Shown: one piece after another, positions 26,491-40,116 of the stretch | How the letters are laid out: every line of letters begins with the position of its first letter | Numbering within the stretch: position 1 is the stretch's first letter | From: Raillietiella orientalis | Taxonomy: Eukaryota | Assembly: GCA_036172245.1 (NCBI GenBank) | Contig: JAYWIR010000047.1 | Coordinates: 248,001 to 312,000 of the forward strand | Reading direction: 5' to 3' | Length of the DNA: 64,000 bases | Position numbers and translations under genes: made by a program | The notes under the pieces: model-generated | Database searches by the model: none | Told to the model about the DNA's origin: nothing | Seen by the model: the letters and a program-made list of their open reading frames with translations, nothing else

Positions 26491-27119
26491 CCAAACAAGC
26501 CCTCCTGCCCCCCCCCCTTCCCTTCCCCTAAAAAATTCCGGAATTCGCATTTTGTGTGTGCTCCGCACGCGCCTGAGATCCCATGGTGGAATGGCAAGGT
26601 TTCTTCCTCCCTTCTGCAGGTCCGTCAGCCGTCCGGACCTCAGAGAACCACGAATCTCTCTGCCTGCTTTCTCGTAGCGGCAGAAATAGTCGTTTTCCTT
26701 TTTTATTTCTTTTGTGTGCGTGCGTGTGCGTGTATGTGTAAGAGGGGGGGAGCTCTCCCGTCATTCCCTGGTGCGCACCGTTCGAGGCGATGCTGCAGGC
26801 GATGACCTGTCTGCACGACTATGCAGAGGCCGCAGATATCAAGAAGAAAGCAACGGGCGAGAGTCTTTGACGCGGAGCTTGCCAGAACGCTTCCTCAGAG
26901 GCTCCTCCCCTTGCCGCCGAGGGGATTCGGAAAAAAGCTGAAAACATGGTTAGTGGGATCTGCTCTCCGCCCTCATCTCTCGCCAAGGTCCACTCCATCT
27001 CTGAGGAAGCGATTCCGCTTTACTCCTGAACATTTTCTCTGTTCGAACCTTAGCAGTTTTTTTTCCTAGACTTCTTCCCCCTTCGAGGATCGAGACTCCT
27101 GCAACACGCAACCGCCATG

Positions 27120-27620
27120 CTTGTTCAGTCCTGCCTCAGCCGGTGGGCAAGAAGATGCTCTGGCGCGGGCAAACAAGCATCATGTGAACCTGCCTGCACG
27201 TTTTGAACCACTGCGTGGAGCATTCTCTCCTGTGCACAGCCGGGCGTGATGCTGCCGTGGTCTGAACCACGGCAGCATCACGCCCATCTCAGGATGCCGC
27301 AGGATGGAAGCTGGTGTCGGCGAGCAAGATTGTGCTTGGCCAGACTAAGATCGGATCTGCTGTTGCAGAAGGCGAATCGGATGGTCATCCTCGAAGTCCC
27401 GTACCCATTCGATAATAAGGAGTTTGAGTATTTAGCCTCACAAGAATGGAAAAGAAAAAGAAGTTCCTGGAGGTCGCCTTGCTGTTTACAAAAAAGGCCG
27501 AAGCACATGCATCCATCGTAGGTGCACCAGGATCGTGGGATCCTTGGAACAGTGGAGTTATTCGGCATCTAGAGGCGGTATGCGGATACGATGAGGCACT
27601 CAATGGAGGCCTCATGTATC
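27120..27620 (+). mobile_element. Degraded 3' end of a restriction-like-endonuclease non-LTR retrotransposon (R2/NeSL/Utopia type)
   Basis: In order across frames: CLHVLNHC (27191-27214), LRSDLLL...VILEVPYPFDN (from 27345), KKKKF, and IVGAPGSWDP (27515-27544). These match the CCHC, PD..D, KxxKY and GALG.W motifs of this group. Confidence 0.75.
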
Positions 27621-30600
27621 CAGCACAGTGGGGATCACCTAGATGGTAATGGATGCACAGTCTAGGCTCATTCCTCCAGATGACGCTATTAATCTGCGTG
27701 GGGGATGACAGCGGAAGGAGAAGAGGGCCTCTGGCGAAATGAGGATGTCTGGAACGAGAAGTCGGGCTACTGTCTCCCTCTCCTGTAGCGATGTTTCATA
27801 GTTCTTCAAGCTCATCTGCAGCCATCCAGCATGTTCGAGCGAGCAGCTCCAGTCTGTAGAATGACGTCAAGTTGCATGCCTTGGATATGGCCAAGAGCGG
27901 CGTTCCCTGAACAGCAGCAAGCTCTGCTGTGCTTCAGGAAATCCTCTGTGATCCCTGAGAAGCATTCGAGAGACATCATTCCACCGATCTTCCGCCTTGA
28001 TGCCGTTCGCGCAAACTTCCGAAGCTCGGAAGCTGGAAATATCTGCGTTCCGCTGATTGCGGGCATCTGTTTCATGAGGGGAACCCAGCACCACGCGTGT
28101 GACAAGTGGAGTCGATCCTCAACAGCTCGTATTTGATCTCATTCGACCTGCGTCCATTAATTACATGTGAAATCGATTTCCGACAAGAAATTCCACACCT
28201 CTCCATTCTCCTCTGGAAGTTCCCTCTGCACGTGGCATCAATTGCTGGAAGCGCGCTGCTATGAAAGTTCCATGGGCTGAAATGAGCTCCCTTACAAGAC
28301 ACGCTCCCATTGCCACACAGTGCACTGTGTGTGTACAGTGTAAAAGAGTTGCGGTACACTCGCGAGAGCCGTGAAAAGGTATGTCGCTTAGTGTTCGTCA
28401 GATACCTGCAGCAGGGCATTTTCCAAACATTCATCCAGCGCATCGACGGTCTTGTCGGGTACAGCACGTCGGGATCATTGAAACAATCTCCAGAAAGGGC
28501 AGGAGCATGAGCAAACGAGTAGAACCCCCGCTTGTTTTATTCGTGATTTGCGTAGAAAGTTCCAGAAGGTTCTTGAGCAAGGGTACGGAGGATGCAGCTT
28601 TGCACGTGCAAAGTTCCTGAACGACAGTTCCGAGTTCCAAGCATGCTTCAAGGTCGAAACAGATTCCATGCATACCCAGTAATGAATCAAGTCAGTACCT
28701 ATTAAAAGGTCCAGTTGATGGATAGATTAATGGAGGAGTGAACTCGTTTTTCACTCCTGCATTTTTCCGTGATCATTCTGGGAACGCACTTCGTGTACTC
28801 GTCCACGGAAAGGAACAGAAGATGCGGAAGGCGAAGGATGGGTTTCAGTGGTGTGTCATCTTTGTATCTTTGTATCCAGTCGGAGCCTTACCGACTTCGT
28901 CAATCGGCTTAATCCGAAAAACCACGTGGGAGCCAAAAACTTCTTTGGACGACCTGTGAAAGCCTCCTTCTAAGGTCTCCTCCTGATGCTTGTTTCCTTA
29001 GTATTCTTTCCTGAAGAGCTTGGACGCGATGGTCAGTTGACTCTTTCAGCCAGAAAACGTTCCAAGCAGTATCATCAGGTGGCAGCGACAACTGTTCTTG
29101 CCAGCCCATGGTTCCAGCGCAACGTTCTGCTTTTCTTGAGTGAAACACTGGCACCGTCTCTTCGAATGCGCCAGCATCCAAAGACTGCTGTTTCCAATAT
29201 CCTCCTCGCGTTTCGACCTCTCACGTATTTCGGAAATTCATTTCTCTTCGCTCGTGATCGCACCATCGTGACTTTTGCCTACTCCCATCTTCACGGGCCT
29301 TATCAAACAGGACGTCAGCAAAACGCATACCTTCCATGCATACCGGAAACGCTTTCAGCTGACGAAGACCAGATGATCGGATAACGCACCTCGCTCATAA
29401 GGACTCTTCCTGAACGCTCGTCAGCTCGTGCAGCCCCGTTTCCAAACGCTGGCGCCTGAAGAAAGACTAAAAGTCTTTTGTTTAACCGCCGATTTTCCGT
29501 ACATGGCGCGTATTCCAAAACTCATCCACGGGAGTGAAGGGTGCTGGACTTCAAGTACCCAAGCCGGTCAGCGATGGTGTCTCGAGTCATCGGGACACCC
29601 ATCGCTGTCTCGTGGGGAAGAGGAAAAGAAATTTCAGGATCATTCGAAAGTACGCTGAGGACAAGAAGCAGTCTGATTGGAGCTGAGATATTTATCTGAA
29701 CTTTCTCAAGATTTTCGCAGAAGTGGACGGGCGATTCGATTTGCAAGGAAAGCACGGGAAACGAGGAGATGAAGAAGTGAGGAAACGGGAGAAGGCATTT
29801 TGTCCTCATTTGATGACTCCCTGTTTCTTTGGTAGACTGAAGTGCTCATGTATTTTCGCCTTGTTGTTGTTTCTTTTTTTCCTTTTCACCTATCACACGT
29901 CCTTTTGCTCTCATCTGCGAGCCCGAATACGTGAACGAATCCTCCGTTCTGAAAATGAAAAAAAAAAAAGCAAAGAATGCATCTTCTAAGAGCGCTTTTT
30001 TGGATTTGAAACTTCGTATAAGAGCGAGCTGCCTCAGCCGGTGCAGTTCGGAGAGGTTGTCCACCGAAGTGTCTTCTGTGTCGCTCGCATCCCAGGACGG
30101 AAAATATAAATTAGCTGCTATCCGCATCCAATCGTTGAAATGTATCTCTCCCCTCACATCATTAAGAAAACACGATTGCGATAAATTGACCAGATGGCGT
30201 GAACTCACGGAGTGGCCATTTCAGGATACTGTTGACATCTGTTGGTTTTCATTTCACGTGTGCTCTTCAATCCTCTAACCCGTGTTAACAGAAACGAATT
30301 ACGCTTCCCTAATGCATGGAAATATCAAGCAGATGTCCATAATTACTTTCACTTTTTTTTTGTTGTTGTTGCTGTAAGGTGATTAAATAATGATTTGCCT
30401 TTTGTTTTTAAATAAATTACCAGAATTGCGCAAACCTGAAATTAATCTTCTCGAGTGGCTTGAGGAAGTTGGGCAAGGAATTCGATGAAATCATGGCGCG
30501 CTCGCCTCCATTTGTTAGTCGTAGGGACGTCGGTTCCCAACACAAAGCAGAGGACCGCCATTTCGCGATTGTTCCCTGCGTGTTCACGTGGACAAGATTA

Positions 30601-32902
30601 GCAGGCTTCCCAAATCGCTGTGCTCATTCCCGCTGACTGATGAACAGTATTTTATTTTTTGCTCTTGTTGCTGCTGCTGCTTCCGCCGTTTTGTTTTGTT
30701 TTTTGCCTTTTTGTATTTTTTTTTTCCGGGAAGACTGTTTAAAACAGGATGGACAAAAATTTTTCGCCCCTTGTTGCATGCAGGGCAAAACGCGGTCGTT
30801 GTACCTCAGTGTTCATACAAAGACGTGATGTGCGACGTGATCTTGGAAAAAAAAAATTCACTTTTTTTTTTTTCTTTTTAGAGGAAAACATTTATCCACA
30901 CGGCAGCGAGCGAGTTCATTTCGTTTCTGCTGCAATCTAGGAAAAGCTGGATCGAAAAAAGCTGCGATTCATACGTTGAGGAAGATTCTCACTCGTTCAC
31001 GGCATAATCGAATTCTCAAAAGGCATTCAATGAGTTTCCATGGCAGAAACCTCAGCTATCCAAATTTTGCTCCCTCGTTCCTTCCCCGTGCCTCCTTCGT
31101 AAACAGGAAACTTCCTCGAAGAAAATTATTCCTTCGAAAAATTTTCGCATTCTTCTGCTAACTGTGTTTGAGAACTGACTACCTCGTGATAGAATTAGCA
31201 ATAAAATCTCATCTCTCACGGCGACATGACTTTAGGTGTAAACGAAACAAAAGTTCCACGGCGCAGTATCGTCGAGCGAGGATAAAGTTGAAATACAGTT
31301 ATCCATGAGACGTTTAATCATGCCGGAGACATGGATGCGGCTGCAAGTAAGATATGCAACGGGATAAGCTCTTATATGAACGGGAATTCATCTCGAGGAA
31401 AACCCTTACGTGGAACAACTGGCAATTCTGAAAAAATGAAAAGCAAAGTGCGTCCGAGGACGATTGAGTTCCGCAGAGACAATTAGGATCATCCAGATGA
31501 ACGAAGCCTGTGATTGCAAGCGAGCTCCATCCGCAAGAGGAAACTGAAACGAATGGGCGAGACGTAGAAAGAAGGATTCGCTACGGACGTGAACATCCAT
31601 TACTAGGTGGCAAGGAGAGGAAAATCACGAACATTCTCCTCCAGGACCGATTTTGTAATTCTTTCCCCCCTAAACAGCCAGAAGTGTGCGAAAGAAGAAA
31701 TGCCAGCTGTTTGATTTTGCAGCAACCTGGAGCTGCCGCGGACTCTCTTGCGCTTTGACGAGAGCCGGTTTGCTTTTCCCGTGCGATTCCTCTCATCCGG
31801 AGCCCGAAGTTTCCGGGTGAATCTCCTCCGTGATCCATTCATCCTAAGGGATCATGGAGACCGAGAACTTCGGTCCGAAAGTTAGAAGAATACTCCGCAC
31901 TGCTTACCAAGTCACTGCTGCGTTCTTCCTTTATCAAGGTCGATCGGTCACTCAAATCTAGTTTTAGGCCGCACTCCACGATTCAACCCAGGGTCTGCTT
32001 CTCATCTCACGCGTTTCTCCCCTTCCCGGAAGAATGACAAAAACAAAAAAAGGCGCGTCTTTTTAAAAAGCTGTTGATCGGCGAAGGCGTTCAGTGGCGA
32101 TTCCTAGTTACCTACCGCTGGAGCAGGCGAACCGGAGACTTCACGGGACGCTCGAAAAGTAAACTTTGCATTCTTTTCAAATGTAGAAGCGACGCCAATG
32201 TGGCCGTCTGCGTCATCGACACTTCCACATTCGTGATATCCCTTACCTTGCTGTTCGGTATTTTCGAGGTGGTCAATCTGGAAATTCCCCTCGTCCACCA
32301 GCGACCATGGTCTGGGTGGATGTACCAGTTCTCACCCCGTGCCCTCGAAGTACCGCTAGCAAGTTTGCTCTCGTTTGTCGGTCCTCTTGGATTCTGCCTT
32401 CTTGGTGAGAATACCCGGCAGAATGGAGGCTCCTACCGTCTGTTTGCCTGTTTCGTGCAAGCGAGCTCTTCGGCAAGAAAGAAATCCTGGGTTCTTCTTC
32501 GGCTGCCACACGTTGCGAATGAGTCAGTGTCGTATCCCCTCAAACGCGGCGGTGGAGCTCAAGGAAAATTGCTGCAAGAAGAGGCCCTCTTCCTGGGGAA
32601 ACACTATGGCCACCCGGCGTACCCGCGGCCGGCAGCAGTGGAGAGCTGTGCAAGAACGCAGGCGTTCCCGACCCAACGTACCACGAGCCACTTCCTGGAA
32701 TTCCCAATCCGCAACTTGATGAAACGAAAATTCGTGTGTGGAAAACGGGGCTCCCGCGAGGATCTGCGAGGATGGATTCGCAGCCCCAGCAGCTTTGCTC
32801 CTGGCATGCAACTACGGGCGTGGCGGAAGAGGCTGCGGAAGAATCGAACGTTCGTTTTCGGAGGGTCGTTCCGTGCCCCAGGGAGGATGCGAGAGCTTGA
32901 TC

Positions 32903-34454
32903 CTGAGGGAGAAGGGGCGGAGATCACGGAAGCTCCTTTTCCAGAGTCAAAAAAGCTCCCACCAGCTCGGGCCACGTATCGAGATCCACAACGAGGCCAG
33001 ACCCGATCCTCCTTGTCCGCAGAAGACGAAGATCTGGGAGGTGATGACGAGCCAGGGGCCAGGGAGTCACGGCGGAAAGGAAGATGGAACGCAGTGGAGG
33101 TCAAGGTCTGCGGAAGGGCATTTGAAATCTTCACTTTCTTTTCTGGTTAGTCTGCAGGCAGTTTCCGGTGTTTCGCAACGTTTCGTCGGAGATCCAGGTC
33201 GCAGCCCCTGACGCCTGACGCCTGCGCGCACAGGTGGATTTTCGACAGCGCCAAGCGGATGCCCGCCGCTCTCTGCGTGCTGGAGCTCCCGGCATCCAGC
33301 GCGTCCTCGTCCGCGGGACACCACTCTAGTATCATCCTGACTGACAAGGAAACCCCTAGGGATGCACCGCTGTCCTTCTGCGGGTCGATCCAGGCGGGTC
33401 CCGTCGAGTCTCGTTTCTGGCGTTATTCGTCGGCGGAGACGGAAGCGCTCCTCATCCCCATTAGCTTCCGTGGGTGCTTCTGCCGGGTCACTCTCTATGA
33501 TCAGTAGGGGAGGGAAAGGAGAAGTCTGAATTTTGGGGACACGAAATCCTGAAGGTCCTAAATTCCGAACCCTGTCGCAGGGAACCTCCTGTCGAGAGTT
33601 TTCCTCTTCTCTCGCCCCTGGTGAATCAGCCCAGCGATCACCACCGTTGCCGTCACAACGATGGAGCGGGTCACGGCTCCAAATTACCTCCTCCACCCCA
33701 CTGCATCCGCCTCCCCCACTTTTCTCCCTTGGAAGAGATGGCGAGCTCCTGAAACTGCGGAAGAGGGCGTCCACGAGACCGAGGAACCAACGGGCTATGA
33801 GGGACGTCGCGCCTAGGCAACGTCACTGGACGCTGCCTCATCAGGAAAACGAAGAAACGGTCGCGTCCCGGCATCCCGTTGACTCATTCTGGGAGGATCC
33901 TCGCGTCTCCGCTTCCGAGACTCCTTCAGCGCATCCCTAATCCAATCCCAGCAATCCCTTTCGTCTGTTCCCGTGAGGACTACAGCTACCTCGTTTCTTC
34001 GGCCGGGATCTAAGGGGAGAACCCGATGACCCGTGGTCGAAGATATACGAGACTCGCGTCGCCCCGTTCACTGCGACAGGTCGTCTGGAGCCGCCGGGGA
34101 GGGGGGAGGGAGGGGGAAGGAAACTCCCGCTGCCTCGTTCAGGTCGGCTGGTGGCGTGTTCGAGTGGCTCCTCCCACTGGAATTCGGGACACCCCCGCGA
34201 CGGACGGGAATGGAAGCTCTCCTTCTCCTTCTGCGCCTCCTTCTGCCCGTCTCCTCCAGGCTTCCTGTTCCATCCTCCTTTCCGCCGCGACTCCCTTGCC
34301 CCTGGCTCGTCATCACCTCCCATCTCTTCGTCTTCTGCGGACAAGGAGGATCGGATCTGGCCTCGTTGTCGGTCTCGATACGTGGCCCGAGCTAGCGGTA
34401 GCTTTTTTGACCCCGGGAAAGGAGCCACCGTGATCTTCTCCCTTTCTCCCTCAG
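32903..34454. repeat. 188-bp inverted repeat (32903-33090 and 34267-34454) with a spacer of about 1.18 kb
   Basis: Manual alignment: no indels, 19 mismatches in 188 nt. Confidence 0.92.
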
Positions 34455-37400
34455 ACTGGATGCGCTCCGCTGCATCTGGCGTTCTTCGGTTGCAAGTGGC
34501 ACCTGGTCTCTCCGTCTCTTGCCGCCCGTCTGTGTCCTCTCACCAGCAGTACAAGCGCTCCAGCCCCTCGAAATCATTTCTTCCTCTTCCCTTGGCCAAC
34601 CCGGATGATCTCCCCTTGATCAAGGGATTTGCTTTCGATTGCTCCTCCCTGAGCGCGAGCACGCCTTGGGGACGATCTGAGAGCGCGTCCGACCGATCGA
34701 GGAGAGAGGACTGCTCCTTCCCTCTGTCCTCTTCCCCCCTCCTCGTTTGCCCTTTTGGGTGCAAGCTGGAAAGTGCTGGGTTCTTCGTTGCTGTCAGAAG
34801 GGGGTAAAAGCTGCCGTGTCCTACGCTTCAGGGGTACAAGAGGGGCGGCAAAGTGCAGAGCTAGGCAGGAATCGTCGGAAGCTGCTCCGTGCTCTGGGGG
34901 TTGTGGGGCGAGAAGCAGGAAAGCTGAGGAGTCTTGCGAACGGGGAACGCGGCTGCTCATGCGGAAGAATGTTGGGAAACTGGGTGGGGCTTCTTCTGTA
35001 GGATGGCGGTCCCGGCCTTCAGGGAGGAGATGACGAAAGCGGGCAGCACCGAGTAGGCGCATGGGCCCCTGATTGTCACAGGAACTTGCTCTTCGCTTGT
35101 CTCCGGGTTGTGGAAGCACCGAGTGAGCGCGAAGACTTACACTTCCGGGAAGACCCGGCCCGTCTGCCCGCCCTTCCCATCGCTCGCTTCCGTTCCCTAG
35201 TCGGCTTCCCGGAAGCCCCGGATTCTCGGTGGAGGCTGAGCCCCTCCGGGAGGCTATCGCCGCTCCCGTGCGTCGAGGGCGTGCTTTCTTCCTTAATGCC
35301 CCGTGTCCAATTCTTTTCGTCTCCATGCGTTCCGGGGTTCTTGCTTGAAGAGTGAGCGCCGCCTCGGCCCTGCAGTCTCGACCGTCCATACATCCGGCGG
35401 AGTGGAGGAAGGGGGAAATGTGGCCGGTGCTGCTCGAAAGCGCCACCGGGACCGAGCGGCTCCAAGCAGAACGGCGGCATTGGCGGTCTTTCAGCGCGTG
35501 GAGGCGGTACTCGCACGGCAGCTGCACTCTGTACCATCCGGAGGAGCTGTCCAGGCTAACACAAAATTTCGTGCGGGTTTCTTTACTTCCAGCTTTCCAT
35601 CCAAGATTTCCCGGTACGGGAAACCTTGGGCGCCATAAGGCTCGGTTTTTTCCTTCCTTCTTCGCCGCCTCATCTCTTCTCTCTCGTCTTCACTTTCCAC
35701 TCGTTCGGACTTGGCTGGACGTCTTGGCAATGTCTTCATGCCCAAGGATGGGATGCTCCCGCAGTCCGGGTCTGATCCTCGGCCGCTGATCACAGAGCCA
35801 TGCGCGGTGGTTCATCGACGCATCGGCTGGCACTTCTCGGCTGGACAGCTGAAGAACGCCCTGCGCTCTCTCGCCCATGGCTCAAAGGACCACCCCGCAC
35901 CACTTGCTGCCGATCATCCCAGAGTCCTGGGCATCCCAGATTCCGTCACGAAGACGGATCTTCACGGTACCCTTACCAGCAGCCAGCCTAGAGGTGGCTC
36001 CGAGAGAGGACCCGCCTGACCCGAAAGCTCCTTGCGTGGTTCCCATCCCAGCGCGAGACAAACAGGCAGTCAGGAAGAACATCGGAGAAAGGAAGGATGC
36101 CCCCACGATTAAGAGAAGAGGGCCACTTGGGATAATCAGCTTCAGAGCAGAGATTGGAAAGTCATGAAAAGCCTCAAGAAAGTGGGAAGAGGCTAAAAGA
36201 ATCGAACCAGGAGAAACGAAGTTGCTAGGCTTTACCTTTTGGGATTAACAGCTCTCGCTCCTCTCATTGGAAACCAATCCCGAGAGAGTGTCCCATGCGA
36301 TTCCTTCCAAAGCTAAGCGCCTTGAAGCTCCAGCGAGGAACGGAGATGACCCAAAAGCCGCTGTGATATGCGGGAGATGGCAGTTTGCCTCCCCCAACCT
36401 CCTGCAGATTCGTCCCCGCACGTCCCAGCCATGTCACCAAGGAAGCAAACAAGGCAAGGAGATGCAGGAGGCATTCCTTCAGCCGCTGCTCCGTCGAGCA
36501 CTCTCGAGGCGCAAAAAAGAAAAATAAAATAGAACGCTGATCCATATCGGAGGACTGATGGAAGTGGATTCTTTTCCTCATGGGTGTGCAGCTACCACAC
36601 GAGGCATCAGCAGCAAAGAGGGTGTGGTGCAGGAGGGAACTCGGTCAGGTCACTTCGGTTTGGTGCGAGATGGCGTAGGATTCGCTGGCATGTTATCCGA
36701 CAGGGATGCTGGATAGACGCACACTGCCTGTGTTCTCTTGTTCAGCTTCCTTTAAAGCGGTCGTGGTAGCAAGAAGACCCAAGGTGTCATCTCTCATCCA
36801 GAGGACTGCGAATCCTCATCGGCATTTTTAAACAGCCGGGTGACACGGCAGCTCCATCGTGTTCTGTGCGCGTGCTCGGTAAAAACTTCGCATGACGTGC
36901 ACTAACACATCTAGGTCTTCACACTGTTTTGCATATTATAGTGCACAATGCACGTGCGAGTACACATATGCATATATGTGTTTACTCGATGAATGACCTT
37001 TCATACTGAGTTCACTGTAGGTGGACGTATAAGTGTAAGGCTAGAGTTGCAGACCCGGAGATGGGTCAGAGCCAGAGAAAAGAACCTATAGATAAGCTTT
37101 GAGGTTTACCAATGTCTAGTAAGCATTTTTCTGGTTGCATATTTTTCTTCTGTGTCATTTGGAGGTGAAGAATCGAGATGAAAGAGAACAGGAGGAATGC
37201 ACAGTGCTCTTTTGCACTGGAGAATGGCTTCTGGACTTCGGTTTTGTCGGTATCCTCAAGAAATGTCTCCCTCCTTTCAGATGATCAGCAGAATGGATCC
37301 TTCTCACCCACCAGCTGCTTTGCTAAGGAGGGAGGCGTCTCGGACGGGTCAGACACTCCGATGAACTTCGATGTTTGTGAAGATGAAAGGAGGAATTGAC

Positions 37401-40116
37401 TCTCCATGAGGATGCCTTCCTGTGTCTCTTTATCAGCCTCTTCAGAATTGGCTCGACACAGGTTCCAGAAAGCAGAAGCATCTGCGGCTGCTGATGTTGT
37501 CATTCGAAATTCACCCACGAGTGGATCGAAAAGGTAGAGCAGGGCTTCCCAAAGTGGATGATACCTCTCCCTGATGGGCTCTGGAACGATTCAGGGGGTC
37601 GACAGTATCCTTAAGTGCAACTGGGGGGCGTTGAGTGAAAATAGGGGGCGGCGGGGAAAGAATAAAGAAAGAGGAGACGAGAAAATTTTTTAAAAAATGT
37701 TCGTACACGTTTCATATGTTGTGTACCATGGGAAGTCGTAGTGATTCGGTACTTTGTTTTCCAAATAAACATGCAAAATGCAAGTTGCCATTTCTTAGTG
37801 GTCACGTCTGCCGACGGGCCCCAAGCACGCTAGTGTTGACAGACGAGCGTGTCGCGCGCTGTCGGAAAATCCAGCATGCATCTGCAGGAATATATGGGTG
37901 CAATTCCTTGTTTACAATACGATACTATTGATAGGCGAAATTATGAAATCAAATTTAGATTGCTCTGAACTGTTTGAGAAGCAGTTTAAAAAAATAGTGC
38001 AAATGCATTAACTTTTTAAATTGGTTTTGATAAAACAGCAAGTTACTCGTGAGTGTGTATATACATTTACTACTCTACCATATGTTTCTGTGTCTTCTAG
38101 TATTCATTAATAATAAATGGCAACAGGCTTGTGTCGGTACAATACTTTCTGAAAGTGTACAGTTGATATATTTGCCAAATTTTTTATTACAATATTAATG
38201 AAAACAGGAGAACGAAATTACTAAAAAACTGTTGACCATTCACATTTATTTATATTCCAATTCTATCGAATCATTTGTATTAATTGGTAAATAAGAAGGT
38301 ACATTTTCAGGGGGGCGCTGAGAAATTTTTTATCTGAAAAAGGAATGATAGACCAAATAAGTTTGAGAACCTATGAGGAAGAGGAGAACTAGCTGGATGT
38401 CTCTTCAAGGGTTCCTCCGCTATCCTCCATCTGAACAAGTGAAAGTCCTCAAGAATTGGTTGAAGAGCCACGAAACCGAACCAAAAAGATGTGTCTTGTA
38501 TCAATCCTCGAAGCATAGCTACTTCTTCCCCAACAGTACATCAACAAGGAACACAATACGGTCACACTGAAAGAGCGCAGTGATCGTGAGACTCTGCTTC
38601 GTCGCACATCGTGCTCTCCTGCATCATCAGCATCAATAATTTTTTTTCCTAAAAAAAAAAAAAACATTTCCTTGAGCTAAGGGACCAAACGTCCGTGTCC
38701 GTAGAAGAGGAAAACTGAAATAACTTCGAGGGGGAACCTGAGTGCAAGAACGAGCCGCTATTCGAAGACCAACAGACGCGGAGCTTCCACGCCTTGTTTC
38801 TTATTCGGATGAAAAAATGGATGCTGGTAGGTCCCTTGAGAGCTGGTTGCTTCGACCGACAGGATGCCGAAGCTCCGAAGAAGACGAAGCACAGTGGTAA
38901 AGCAGAGGAAAGGAAGATCCGTCCAGCTTGCACGCAGGATGAGGAGAGTTCCATAGGGTCTCGTTAGGGGTGCCACAGTTCGGGAGCTACATCTCTTAGG
39001 CATTTGGTCGAAGCAGAAGACGCTCCCTGGATTCTGGTTCGCTTCTCCTGAAGAAAGAGACGGAGGAAGCCCTCGAGACAGGCTTTAATTGAAGAGTTCT
39101 TCCGTAGCGCTGGCAATCGTACAGTACAGTACAGAGTCAGGTCAGTGCAATGGAGAATATGTAACGCATCAGTCATCCTCAGTGTAAAAGCGCGGCGTCA
39201 AACTAGCGGTAAAGTGGATCGCATCTCGGAATGGAGAACACCAACTAATCTTTTTCCAAGGTCAGCGAGCCTTTTGGCGCGCTTTTCGGAACCGCGCGAG
39301 CCACGCGATTCTCCCCTCATGGACCGGGTCTGCATGATCGAACCCCTCACAGAAGCGCAGAGGAGCGGCTTCTGCCTTCAGGGCGACGATCGCAAGCTCT
39401 TCGCGCCTGGTGTCTTCTCCGGAAGGGGAAAGTCACCGTGGGCGCATCCATGAAAGCTGCAGTCGAAGAGAAACGGCAGTCAGAGGAACGGTGATATCGA
39501 TCCTGGCAACCACGGCATCTGGGCTGTTGGGAGAATAACGAGACTCTTTCCTGACTGTTTTCCTCTCCGTCACAGTACAGGAAGCCACAGCACCGTCGCG
39601 GCATGTCAGGAACGGGCTCAGCATCTTCCTCGACGCTAAAACAGCGTTCATGGGCCGGAAGGAGTTTCAGGCATCGAACCTGGACTCCTCTCAGGGCACG
39701 GTTTGGATCGCCATGGATTGTCCCCCTTGCATCCTCGCGGAGATGACACCTGTGCTCCATGACTCTCTTAAGGAGCTGAACCTCCTGAGAGAAAGACTGC
39801 GCCACTCATCCCCACAGTAAGTAGGAACAGCGAGGTTTCAGGAACGCCAGGGATGGTCGCTGAAACATGGCCGGTATCCCAGGAGCTAAACGCGGCTCTG
39901 CAAAGGAAAAAAAGAGGAAGCAGCAGAACCCTCGCGAACTCCCAGTCGGAACCCAAACGGCGGATGACTCCTTGAAGCTTGGCCAATGCTTTCAACCGGT
40001 TCTTCAACCGGAGTCCTGTCCGCTGCTCCGCCTCCCCTTCCTTTTTTTTTTTTATTTGCTTAAGAAATCAGTAGCGACCTCAAGGGGAGATCCCTACTAC
40101 TGGCCTAGGATGAATA

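Noticed and set aside
32074..33150. 358-aa ORF, and similar long ORFs throughout the GC-rich region
   Set aside because: No recognisable domain and Arg/Pro/Gly/Ser-biased; long open frames are expected at this GC content or are antisense to real exons and TEs.
33805..33850. Hammerhead ribozyme (CTGATGAG plus a 10-bp hairpin on the minus strand); also CTGACGAG near 50736 and 63884
   Set aside because: The required GAAA after stem II and stems I and III are missing.
38373..38570. TALE homeodomain-like stretch VKVLKNWLKSH
   Set aside because: No PYP loop or WFxNxR helix 3 in any nearby frame.
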